NCBI GenBank assembly: GCA_032718475.1
Contig: JAUCBJ010001728.1
Span: 62,001 to 126,000, forward strand
DNA: 64,000 bases
Source of the DNA: Nemertoderma westbladi
Taxonomy: Eukaryota > Animalia > Xenacoelomorpha
Direction: 5' to 3'
Shown here: positions 25,937 through 37,645 of the stretch, piece by piece
Numbering within the stretch: position 1 is the stretch's first letter
Layout of the letters: each line of letters opens with the position of its first letter
Notes under the pieces: model-generated
Databases searched by the model: none
Seen by the model: the letters and a program-made list of their open reading frames with translations, nothing else
What the model was told of the DNA's origin: nothing
Position numbers and translations under genes: made by a program

Positions 25937-27313
25937 GGGCACCACCAACCACCAGCACCTGGCGCTGGGGTTGTCCTGTCGCTGGCGGTTCCTCGCAAGG
26001 GTGGTCCCGAACGCAGCCCTCCATTTCGATGACCTTGAGGGCGCAGTTCTGCGATGTCTGTGCAAGATCGCCGACCGCCCCTCGATCCCAGACAACGAAC
26101 GCCAGCTCCTCTCTCTACCCATAAGGAACGGTGGTTTGGGTATCCCTCTCCCCTCAGACCTCACCAACCAGTTTGCGAACTCCTGCCGGGTCTGCGAACC
26201 GCTAGAGGGGGCGACAGCCGAGACCATGTCAGACGTCAGGGAGGATCAGAACCATATCACTAATCTAATAAAGGCTGAATCCTTCGTGGCGTCTAAGACC
26301 AAAACAACAGAATGTCATGGTCGGCTATCGGAGTCCCAACAGAATCTGAGGGAGCTGGTGTCGGAGAAGGGGGCTTCAGCTTGGTTGAACTCAAAACCGG
26401 TCACCCTTCACAAAACTCACCTGTCTAAGGAAGAGTTCCGCGACGCTCTGTGTCTGCGCTACGGCTGGCAACCGAAGTCGCTCCCTTCTCGTTGTGTCTG
26501 TGGGGAACGATTTTCCCCTTCACACGTCCTGTCGTGCCCCACCGGGGGTTATCCCTCGATAAGGCACAACGAGATACGCGATTTCGTTGCCGACGCGCTA
26601 ACTGAAGTAGCCCACAACGTCGCAGTAGAGCCAACACTCCAGCCTCTAACAGGTGAGGAGTTCACCCACAGATCCACCTCCACAGAAGATCAGGCGAGGT
26701 TGGACGTCTCTGTCAGCGGGTTCTGGGGTGGCCGGTTCGAGAAGACTTACTTCGACGTCTCGGTCTACAACCCTCTAGCGGCCACCAACGCAGCCATGAC
26801 CACCGAGGGCGCTTATTCCCACCACGAGGCGCGGAAACGCCTGAAGTACGAGGAGCGCATCCGAGAGGTCGAACTGTCGTCGTTTGTGCCTCTGATACTT
26901 TCAGCCTTTGGTGGTACTGCGCCAGCGATGCAACAGTTCGTTAAGCGTTTATCGCTTAAACTCTCGGATCGTCGCGACCTCAGCTACTCTGAGTGTATCT
27001 GCTGGACGCGGAGGAAGATAAGCTTCGCGCTTCTCCGCTCCAGTTTGATGTGTCTCCGTGGAGCGAGATCCGCCACCAAACGCCCTGTTTATCATCAGGT
27101 GTCCGCAGACTCGATTCGCCTGACTAACGCTGATACCAACACCGGCTAGACTGACTGTCAGTGGTAGTCATAGGCCTCTAAACAGGCCCTTCTTTCTTTA
27201 TTTATTATTTTTTTTATTATCGGTATCGGTGTAGGAATTATTCATTTTGTTCTATTAATAAAGTGCCTGTAAAAGAGTTATGCTGAAAAAAAAAAAAAAA
27301 AAAAAAAAAAAAA
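25937..27313 (+). mobile_element. 5'-truncated CRE-like non-LTR retrotransposon (restriction-like endonuclease type)
   Basis: Open frame to 27149 with LPIRNGGLGI, Zn knuckle CVCG...HVLSC, RHNEIRD, RLDV...FDVSV and KRLKY. AATAAA at 27257, A-tail 27286-27313, TSD AAGCACCAACCACG (25923-25936, 27312-27325). Confidence 0.9.
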
Positions 27314-29225
27314 GCACCAACCACGAGTACTTTATGGGTGGTAAGTAAGCACCAACCACGAGTACTTTATGGGTGGTAAGTAAGCACCAACCGCGAGCTC
27401 TATATGGGTGGTAAGTAAGCACCAACCACGAGCACTTTATGGGTGGTAAGTAAGCACCAACCACGAGTACTTTATGGGTGGTAAGTAAGCACCAACCACG
27501 AGTACTTTATGGGTGGTAAGTAAGCACCAACCACGAGCACTTTATGGGTGGTAAGTAAGCCCAAACCACGAGCTCTTTATGGGTGGTAAGTAAGCACCAA
27601 CCACGAGTACTTTATGGGTGGTAAGTAAGCACCAACCTCGAGTACTTTATGGGTGGTAAGTAAGCACCAACCACGAAAACTTTATCGGGGTAAGCAAGCA
27701 CCACCCACGAGCACTTTATGGGTGGTAAGTAAGCACCAACCACGAGCACTTAATGGGGGTATGTAATCACCAACCACGAGCACTTTATGGGCTTAAGTAA
27801 GCACCAACCACGAGCACTTTATAGGAGGTAAGTAAGCACCAACCACGATCACTTTTTGGGGGTATGTAATCACAAACCACGAGCAGTTTATGGGCTTAAG
27901 TAAGCACCAACCACGAGCACTTTATAGGAGGTAAGTAAGCACCAACCACGATCACTTTATGGGGGTATGTAAGCACCAACCACGAGCACTTTATGGGGGA
28001 AAGTAAGCAACAACCACGTGCACTTTATAGGACGTAAGTAAGCACCAACCACGAGCACTTTATGGGGGTAAGTAAGCACCAACCACGAGTACTTTATGGT
28101 TGGTAAGTAAACACCAACCACGAGCACTTTATGGGGGTAATTAAGCACCAACCACGAGTACTTTATGGGTGGTAAGTAAGCACCAACCACGAGTACTTTA
28201 TGGGTGGTAAGTAAGCACCAACCACGAGCACTATATGGGTGGTAAGTAAGCACCAACCACGAGTACTTTATGGGTGGTAGGTAAGCACCAACCACGAGCA
28301 CTTTATGGGTAGTAAGTAAGCACCAACCACGAGAACTTTATGGGGGTAAGTAAGCACCACCCACGAGCACTTTATGGGTGGTAGGTAAGCACCAACCACG
28401 AGCACTTTATGGGTAGTAAGTAAGCACCAACCACGAGAACTTTATGGGGGTAAGTAAGCACCACCCACGAGCACTTTATGGGTGGTAAGTAAGCACCAAC
28501 CACGAGCACTTAATGGGGGTATGTAAGCACCAACCACGAGCACTTTATGGGCTTAAGTAAGCACCAACCCCGAGCACTTTATAGGAGGTAAGTAAGCACC
28601 AACCACGATCACTTTATAGGGGTATGTAAGCAACAACCAGGAGCACTTTATAGGAGGTAAGTAGGCACCAACCACGAGCACTTTATGGGGGTAAGTAAGC
28701 ACCAACCACAAGTACTTTATGGTTGGTAAGTAAACACCAACCACGAGCACTTTATGGGGGTAAGTAAGCACCAACCACGAGTACTTTATGGGTGGTAAGT
28801 AAGCACCAACCACGAGTACTTTATGAGTGGTAAGTAAGCACCAACCACGAGCACTTTATGGGTGGTAAGTAAGCCCAAACCACGAGCACTTTATGGGGGT
28901 ATGTAAGCACCAACCACGAGCACTTTTTTGGGGTCACTTTATGGGGGAAGAAGGCACCAACCACGAGCACTTTATTGGGGAAAGTAAGCACCAACCACGA
29001 GCACTCTATGGGGGTAAGTATGCACCAACCACGAGCACTTTATAGGAGATAAGTAAGCACCAACCACGAGCACTTTACGGGGGTAAGTAGGCACCAACCA
29101 CAAGCACTTTGTGGGGGGTATGTAAGCACCAACCACGAGCACTTTATAGAAGCTAAGTAAGCATCAACCGCGAGCACTTTGTGGGAGGTAAGTAAGCACC
29201 AATCACGAGCACTTTATGGGGGTAA
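27312..29225 (+). repeat. 35-bp splice-donor satellite, block 3 (increasingly degenerate)
   Basis: Same unit, with substitutions and 32-bp variants accumulating toward 29225. Confidence 0.95.
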
Positions 29226-29621
29226 ACATTACAGACAGGGGGGTGGTGGAACTGGATGCAAATCCCATCTCGCATCAATGTTAAAGATGGCATCTCATCG
29301 CCCAAGCTCGCATCAATGTTAAAGGAGCAGGTTACAGTGGCACGTATTTCTAATCAAAACAATAAACGAAAGTCAATAGAACAGGTACCAGTTTTATTTT
29401 TTGAGTTTGATCAACTGTTATTTGCGTCGATTTTCCCCTGGAGAGGGATGGATTTTTATTGCTTCGAAAGTCCCCCCTATCTGAATAATTAAGGGAAAGG
29501 AGCAGGTTACAGCGGCGGAGTTTTCTAACCAAAACAATAAACAAAACTTTTCTTTTGCGACCAATAATTGCTCTGGAGATATATTTTTTCACTTGCTGTC
29601 AATGTACGCCTACTACTACTA

Positions 29622-30238
29622 CTAGGTTGAGCGAACTCGGACAGTGGAAATGATATCCTTCCAGGCTTCCCGATTCTCCATAGTTGTCGCAATTTCGTTT
29701 CTCCCAAGTTCAGTATCCCTTTCAAGTTGATCTATATATGTTATGGCCGGTCGTCCACGACTACGCTTTCCATGAGTTGGTTTCCAGAAAAGTAGATCTG
29801 GTATGACCCCGTCTTTACTTCGCCAGCAGTGCCCACTGAATCTTAATCTGCGTTCACGGAGGGTGGTTGATACAGGTGGTATTGTACCATAAAGCTCGGC
29901 ATTTGTCATATGTTGTCTCCAGCTGATGTTTAGGGCTGCCCTTAGTAGTCTTGTGTAGCAATCATCAATTCATTGTTCAAGTGATTTAGTCAGTGTCCAG
30001 GTCTCACCCCCGTATAAAAACACACTTTCCACTGTGGCTCGAAAGAACTTAGTCTTCAGGTGCCTGGAGAGATCTGATTTCCAGATGGTATCCATTTTTG
30101 ATAGAGCTACCCAAGCATTTGCTTTCCTAACTTCTATGTCCCTTTTGCTACTCTCTATCCATGATCCAAGGTACTGGAAGTCTTCAACCTTCCTTAGTTG
30201 ATTATTATCAATGGTTCTCAAGTTTCCATCAACATTAA
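29622..30238 (-). pseudogene. LINE A ORF C-terminus (RT end), disrupted
   Basis: ORFs 29970-30248 and 29622-29909 (FQYLGSW, LYGGETW, RLRFSGHCWR). Continues ...FNVD from 32759 across the LINE B insertion. Confidence 0.88.
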
Positions 30239-32758
30239 CCAACATCAACTACCAATGGCTGGTCAGGAGTAGAGTGTTCTCATGTCCACTCTGAGAGCAC
30301 TTCACTGCGACCTGCACCTCGCAGCAAGGGTACAGGGCATGACCCAGCAGATGAGCTGCAACAGCCAATGGTGGGTCATGTGCGCCAGAGTAGATATGGG
30401 TGATGGGCCTCATATCTGACTCCATTGCGACACCCACCCTGTGGAATGGCAAACCAGGGTGTGGTATTTGCCCCGAGAGCTGACTCGGCAAAAAAGCACC
30501 CCCCGACCCCCACTATGGATTACATTAGCAATGCGGAGGTCCGGCCACTAGAGACCAGTGGAATTACCGGACACAATCGGCCTCACAGGCGTCAGTTAAC
30601 TCCTGACCGGCTGCCTATCTCACTCCCTACTGGAGAGAGAGCAGCCAACAATTCTTTGAGTCCCTTTCCTGATGACCTTTCTGGCCCAAACCCTGGGTCA
30701 CCAGGAAGGCCAGGAGAGGGATTCTGGAGTTGGAGGCTACTCTCATGTTCCACCCCGACCAACAACGCCATTGGTGAATCTGAGGCAAGTCACAAGACTA
30801 GCCTCAGTAAACACCCTAACACTCGGGTCCCCAATGCGACAAGGTGAGCTGACTGCCTTGGCAGATAAGCTTTCTCTTAGCGCAGTGGGTGTTCAAGAGC
30901 ACCGAATGCAGACTGGACAGACTGATGAGGTTCTGATTAAGGACATGGGGGGCGGTTGGCGACTCGCCCTCGCGTCAGCAGATGGTAGTGGCAATGGTGG
31001 AATTGGTCTATTGATGAATCCAACTGCACATGCAGCATTGGACAAAATAGACCAAATCTCTAACCGCATCATCCGTTGCCACTTCTCATGTTCTGGAAGA
31101 CTGGCTAAGAAGTTTCCTAAGGTGGTTCTGATTGTGTGCTACTCTCCAACAACTAGTGTTGCCCCTGTAGAGGAGGTGGAAAATTTCTACCACAATCTAC
31201 AAGCAGCTACTGATGGAGTGGATCAGCATGCATTCTTAACATTCCTGGGAGACTTTAATGCAAGTCTGCATCAATCACCTACATCGCCCTGGGTCTATAG
31301 CAATAGTGTTAACCGAAATTCTGTCCATCTTCAGGATTTTATCTCTGGAAATGGATTGTTTTCGGCTGGAACCCAGTTCAAGAAGCGAACTGGAAAGCTA
31401 TGTACTCATAGTGGACCCAGTGGTCACAAGTCCCAGATAGACCATATTCTGTTTCGTAGGAAATACAGGAGCTCTATACAAGACTGTAATGCATTTACAC
31501 TTCGACCCTTCTCCAGTGATCACCGCCTTATTGTGGCCAAGGTAAGACTAAGTCTGCGTGCTAGCAGAACAACGAAATCTGCCTTGCCTTCTGAAATCTG
31601 CCTTGTTGACTTCTTCAAGGCCTTTGATTCAGTCTCTCGTTCACGTATGTTCAGCATACTTTCATTATATGGGATTCCTGATGAAATTATTGCAGCAATA
31701 AGATCAGTATACGATGGTTCGACAACATTTGTGTCTACTGTTGACGGTGACACAGAACCATTTGAAGTGTTAATGGGCGTCCTCCAAGGAGACACACTTG
31801 CACCATTCTTGTTCATTATTGTGGTTGACTATGTTCTACGCATGTCCTTAGATCATTATAATGATGATGGGGTGGTGATAACTCCACCAACTGGCTCCAG
31901 AAGTCGAGGAAATCCAGCCAAGTACCTAACTGATCTAGACTTTGCTGATGACTTAGGAGTACTCTCAGAATCATTACAGGGAGCCCAACGGCTCTTCAGC
32001 TCATTAGAACATGCTGCTTCTAGTGTTGGTCTTTTTATTAACTCCAGAAAGACCAAAATTCTGACAGTTAACTTTGAAAGTCCTCAGCAAGTCTCTGATC
32101 GGATGAGCATAAGCTCAAAGGATGGTATGCTTGAGCATGTGGACGACTTCTGTTACCTGGGATCATGGATCCGGAAGTCAGGATCTTCAAATACGTAAGG
32201 GAAAGGCATGGGCAGCCTTGAATAGGCTTTCCAGGATTTGGAAGTCACCGAGAATTAATCGGAATCTTAAGGTCCGATTATTTAGAGCAGCAGTAGTTCC
32301 AGTACTCCTCTACGGGAGTCCACGCTGGGCTCTAACTGCTGAGAACACCAAATCTCTGGATGGCACATTCACAAGAATGCTACGCCGGGTTCATTGTGTC
32401 AAGTACAATGCACACATCTCCAACCAGACACTATATAACATTGGAGGTGTCTCATTGGTTCCCCCAAGCTTGACACTAGAACGAAATCGCCTCCGCTTTG
32501 CAGGACATTGCTTTCGCCGTGAGGACCAGCCAGTGCATAATCTTGTACTTTGGCAGCCTCATGGAGTGAATAAGCATGGTGGACAGCCCATGACTTTCTT
32601 GAGACGCATCTTAAAGGACACTGGCCTTAAAGATGCGGATGATCTAGCAAATGTCATGGGTGATAGGGAGTTGTGGCGGTGCAATTTTGTTGACAAGCCG
32701 GCACAGCATTCTTAAAAATGCAGCTGCAATGCAGCATGCCGATCCTAGTAGTAGTAGT
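30239..32758 (+). mobile_element. RTE-type LINE family B, nested antisense inside LINE A, internally deleted
   Basis: Endonuclease (VQEH, CYSPT, GDFNA, SDHR) fused to RT (VDFFKAFDS, LQGDTLAP, FADD). Frameshift near 32190, (TAG)n tail 32746-32758, TSD ATC(A/T)ACATTAA (30228-30238, 32759-32769). Confidence 0.9.
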
Positions 32759-35190
32759 ATCTACATTAAAGGTCATGAATTCGGTCTTGGTAGCATTTAC
32801 ATGCAATCCAAACTCCTTAGCAGCCCTCTCCACTTTATTTAGTAGAAGCTGTGCATCTGCTAGCGTAGTAGAGAGCAGGGCGATGTCATCAGCAAAGTCG
32901 GTGTCTGTGACTGTAGTTGCCGGATATCTACTACTTCTGCGTTCTTGAAGTGTGAATCCCAGATCTTCACCCTTTGTGGCCGTCCTCATTGCGTAATCCA
33001 GCACAATTACAAATAGTAATGGTGCTAATGTGTCACCTTGCAGTACGCCAGCCAGGATTGAGATTCAGTTTCACCATCTGGTGAGAGTACCTGCGCTTAT
33101 GTGTCACAATATAACAATCCAATGCCAGCAACAATTACTTCTGGTATTCCATAAGCTCTTAGGATTTCAAGCATTTTACCTCTATGGATGGAGTCGAATG
33201 CCTTCTTGAAGTCCACAAAAGTCATGACAGCGGGGAGATTCTTCGACTTAATTCCTTCAATCAGTCTCCGTAGTGCAAGTATCAGAGCTATTGTTGATCT
33301 ACTTGGTCGAAATCCGTTTTGGCCCTTACGCAGTAGTTTCTCTATGTGAGGCCTAATCCTATATAGAATCATTTTATTGTATATTTTGGCAGATACCACA
33401 AGCAGACACATCCCACGATAGTTTGTTGGTATACCGAGGTCTCCTTTCTTGGGGAGAGGCTTTAGTTGACCTTTAGTCCAAATTGGTGGTGGCTTTTCCC
33501 CTTTTGACATCCGGCTGCAAACATTCAATAACGTTCTGTTTAGCACTCCTGTTTTCCAAACCTCCGCTGGGATTTCATCTAATCCACTCGCTTTATTATT
33601 GGACATGCTTTTAATGCTTCTTTGGAGTTCGACAGGTGTGAAGTCCCCTGTTTCTATAGGTAGTGTCTTGTCATATATTTTCCTTGTAGGGCTGACCTCG
33701 ATGTTTGGTGGCTGCCCAAGCAAGTTGCTGAAGTGATTTTTCCACTTCCCAACACGTTCTTCAGGACTATCGGCTTTGAGGCGCCCCTTTGCACAACTTT
33801 TCCGACCAGATACCTCATTTACAGTTTGCCAGGTAAGTCTTGTTTGTTGCTGTATGTGAGCAGTTGTAATTGCTTCAGTTTTATCCTGTATGTACTTTTC
33901 CTGGCTGATGTTGTAGGCCAATTTAAGATCGTCCTTAGCTTTCTCAACCTTGTTAATGTTTTCGGTTGTTGGTTGTTCGGTTTTAACTTTGTAGGCTATC
34001 TTAAGATCTTCTCTCTTACAAGTAACTTCAGAGTTTTGCCATGGCACATATTGTTTTCGTTTGGGTTTCTGGGGGATATGCCTATTAGCTGATTCCTTGT
34101 GGGCTGTTATTATATTCTGGTATATTGAATTGGTGGATTGGTCTTCATCCATTGACTGAAGTGCTTCAAAGCGGTTTTGAACTTCTACTGTGTAAGCATC
34201 CTTTACAGCATTGTCAGTTCTGAGTTTTTCCCAGTCATATTTGATTTGCTTGCTTGTCCTGGGTTTGCTGGCTCTCAAACTGAGTCTGATCTCTGCAGTC
34301 ACAATTCTGTGGTCCGAACCAATTAGGTTGAACGAGCTGTATGCCTCGCAGTTGATCATGCTGTTTCTCCACTTTTTGTTTATGAGGATGTACTCCAGTT
34401 GTGCTTTGGTTCCATTAGGGTATTGAAAGGTCCATAGCTTCCCCTTACTCTTTTCGAATGTGTTGTTTGTTGGTATCAATTCACATTCTTCCATTAGGTC
34501 TAAAAGTAAGTACCCATTTCTGTTAGAACTGGTGTTATAGGTGTAACCCTTGATGTCTTCTGGGCCAATTTGGGCATTCACGTCACCAGCAATGACTTTA
34601 ACATTATGTTTCGGAATGTCCTTTATAAGTCCAGTCAGATCTTCATAAAACTTGGCTGCTTGTTCTGGCTCTGAGGCATTGGTTGGACTGTAGCAACATA
34701 TAACTGTTGCCTTGGGATTCCCATCAAATGTTGCGATCATAACCCTGGAATTTATAGATTCGATGTTGTTTAGGGTCTTAAGTGCAAATGGGCTTAGCAG
34801 AATTCCTACTCCACCAATTGATGCATTGGCCGAGTTTCTTACTGCTGAGCTTGTTACTAACGTCCATCCATTTCCAATGTCATTGTACTTCATGGCAGTG
34901 TCTTCATGACAAATTCGATGTTCTTGGATGCAGATGATGTCGATGTTATATTCCATTGCCAGAGCGACCATGTCACCCTGTTTGGTATGTGCTTTCAGGG
35001 TGCGTGCGTTCATTGTAGCAATCTTTAGTGTCTTTTTACATTTCAACAGGTTGGTTCTTCTTTCTTCTCGGTCTTCTGTTCCAGTAGCCAATTTATCGAC
35101 CCCAGCCTGGTGTACCACTGAGGGACGCGGTCCTTGTTGACCCGGGCGACGACCGAGCCGGTATTTCTCCTGGAGGGTTCTCATACTCAA
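32759..35190 (-). pseudogene. LINE A endonuclease-RT ORF with a stop and a frameshift
   Basis: The 697-aa ORF ends at a premature stop (33097). Frameshift at GETE/ILAG near 33060. The RT continues in ORF 32654-33004. Confidence 0.9.
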
Positions 35191-35688
35191 ATCTTTCAGT
35201 TGCGGGAGTAAACCGCTTGTGGTCGCAACTCCTACAAGCGTCTTCGCAGTAGATCGCCGTTGGTTGATTACCTTCCGCCGACCTTGTCAGCATGTCTAGC
35301 CGTTGGTTGATTACCTTCCGCCTATCCATGGCCTACAGCCCTGCTGCCGACTGTAGGGGTCCTTTTGTTACACCCTGAACCAAGTGTGCCTCCTGGGTTA
35401 GGTTACCTAACACTGGTAGAGGAGCATCCAGTATAGACAGGGCGGGGCGTGTATCATCTCTAATGCAGATGCGTATCAAGCCTTTGCCTTCAATGGTGCC
35501 CTAGGCGCTATAGCCCTCAATGACTTATTTAGTTGATGGGGCTGAACCAACCCACTCTTGATCAACTAAATAATGAATAGGCTATGCTTATCGGGCCTGC
35601 CCTACTGGGCTGGCAGCTACAGGTAGTACCACATTACTGCCATAGTGGTAGCAGGATCTGGGGACCTGACCTGACCTTATGCCCTGAC

Positions 35689-37421
35689 CTGCTATCGTAG
35701 TAGAGAGCAGGGCGATGTCATCCGCAAAGTCGGTGTCTGTGACTGTAGTTGCCGGATATCTACTACTTCTGCGTTCTTGAAGTGTGAATCCCAGATCTTC
35801 ACCCTTTGTGGCCGTCCTCATTGCGTAATCCAGCACAATTACAAATAGTAATGGTGCTAATGTGTAACCTTGCAGTACGCCAGCCAGGATTGAGATTCAG
35901 TTTCACCATCTGGTGAGAGTACCTGCGCTTCTGTGTCACAATATAACAATCCAATGCCAGCAACAATTACTTCTGGTATTCCATAAGCTCTTAGGATTTC
36001 AAGCATTTTACCTCTATGGATGGAGTCGAATGCCTTCTTGAAGTCCACAAAAGTCATGACTGCGGGGAGATTCTTCGACTTAATTCCTTCAATCAGTCTC
36101 CGTAGTGCAAGTATCAGAGCTATTGTTGATCTACTTGGTCGAAATCCGTTTTGGCCCTTACGCAGTAGTTTCTCTATGTGAGGCCTAATCCTATATAGAA
36201 TCATTTTATTGTATATTTTGGCAGATACCACAAGCAGACACATCCCACGATAGTTTGTTGGTATACCGAGGTCTCCTTTCTTGGGGAGAGGCTTTAGTTG
36301 ACCTTTAGTCCAAATTGGTGGTGGCTTTTCCCCTTTTAACATCCGGTTGCAAACATTCAATAACGTTCTGTTTAGCACTCCTGTTTTCCAAACCTCCGCT
36401 GGGATTTCATCTAATCCACTCGCTTTATTATTGGACATGCTTTTAATGCTTCTTTGGAGTTCGGCAGGTGTGAAGTCCCCTGTTTCTATAGGTAGTGTCT
36501 TGTCATATATTTTCCTTGTAGGGCTGACCTCGATGTTTGGTGGCTGCCCAAGCAAGTTGCTGAAGTGATTTTCCACTTCCCAACCCGTTCTTCAGGACTA
36601 TCGGCTTTGAGGCGCCCCCTTTGCACAACTTTTCCGACCAGATACCTCATTTACAGTTTGCGAGGTAAGTCTTGATTGTTGCTGTATGTGAGCAGTTGTA
36701 ATTGCTTCAGTTTTATCCTGTATGTACTTTTCCTGGCTGATGTTGTAGGCCAATTTAAGATCGTCCTTAGCTTTCTCAACCTTGTTAATGTTTTCGGTTG
36801 TTGGTTGTTCGGTTTTAACTTTGTAGTCTATCTTAAGATCTTCTCTCTTACAAGTAACCTCAGAGTTTTGCCATGGCACATACTGTTTTCGTTTGGGTTT
36901 CTGGGGGATATGCCTCTTAGCTGATTCCTTGTGGGCTGTTATTATATTCTGGTATATTGAATCGGTGGACTGGTCTTCATCCATTGACTGAAGTGCTTCA
37001 AAGCGGTTTTGAACTTTTACTGTGCAAGCATCCTTTACAGCATTGTCAGTTCTGAGTTTCTCCCAGTCATAGTTGAATTGCTTGCTTGACCTGGGTTTGC
37101 TGGCTCTCAAACTGAGTCTGATCTCTGCAGTCACAATTCTGTGGTCCGAACCAATTAGGTTGAACGAGCTGTATGCCTCGCAGTTGATCATGCTATTTCT
37201 CCACTTTTTGTTTATAAGGATGTAATCCAGTTGTGCTTTGGTTCCATTAGGGTATTGAAAGGTCCATAGTTTCCCCTTACTCTTTTCAAATGTGTTGTTT
37301 GTTGGTATCAATTCACATTCTTCCATTAGGTCTAAAAGTAAGTACCCATTTCTGTTAGAACTGGTGTTATAGGTGTAACCCTTGATGTCTTCTGGGCCAA
37401 TTTGGGCATTCAGGTCACCAG
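35689..37421 (-). pseudogene. LINE A' partial copy (mid-endonuclease to RT FADD region)
   Basis: Near-identical to about 32857-34590. It carries its own extra frameshift near 36615 and the same GETE frameshift as copy A. Confidence 0.9.
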
Positions 37422-37521
37422 CAATGTACGCCACTCTGTTAAAATAACAACTTAAATTACGAATATAATAAATAGTCCTTTTTAGCGGATTAATTACCTT
37501 ATTTCCTTATTATTTTATTAG

Positions 37522-37645
37522 GGGCGCGAGGTTTTGCGATACACCACTACGCCGGTAAGGTTGGCTACGATTGCGATAAATTCTGTGACAAGAACCGCGA
37601 TGTGTTGAGTAACGATATTATAACCCTAATGAAAGGCAGTGAATA
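37522..37645 (+). CDS. MYO1E: Myosin-I (MYO1E/F-like) exon B
   Basis: TTATTAG| acceptor, phase 1 in. (G)[40 protein letters not shown](Y) matches the myosin FxIxHYAGxVxY...NRD motif. Ends TA|GTGAGT; 124 nt. Confidence 0.94.

Larger units (their letters stand above)
29611..37421 (-). mobile_element. RTE-type LINE family A, composite insertion (partial copy A' fused to near full-length copy A)
   Basis: (TAG)n tail at 29611-29624. APE endonuclease (IQEH, CYSPT, GDVNA, SDHR) and RT (VDFKKAFDS, LQGDTLAP, FADD, YLGS). The whole unit is flanked by TSD CAATGTACGCC (29600-29610, 37422-37432). Confidence 0.92.

Noticed and set aside
25914-25958. N-terminus of the 411-aa CRE-like ORF
   Set aside because: It derives from satellite and junction filler. 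The element is 5'-truncated and lacks the RT core.
17751-29225. Spliced-leader RNA gene cluster
   Set aside because: The unit is only 35 bp, has no Sm site or stem-loops, and is explained by the myosin exon junction.
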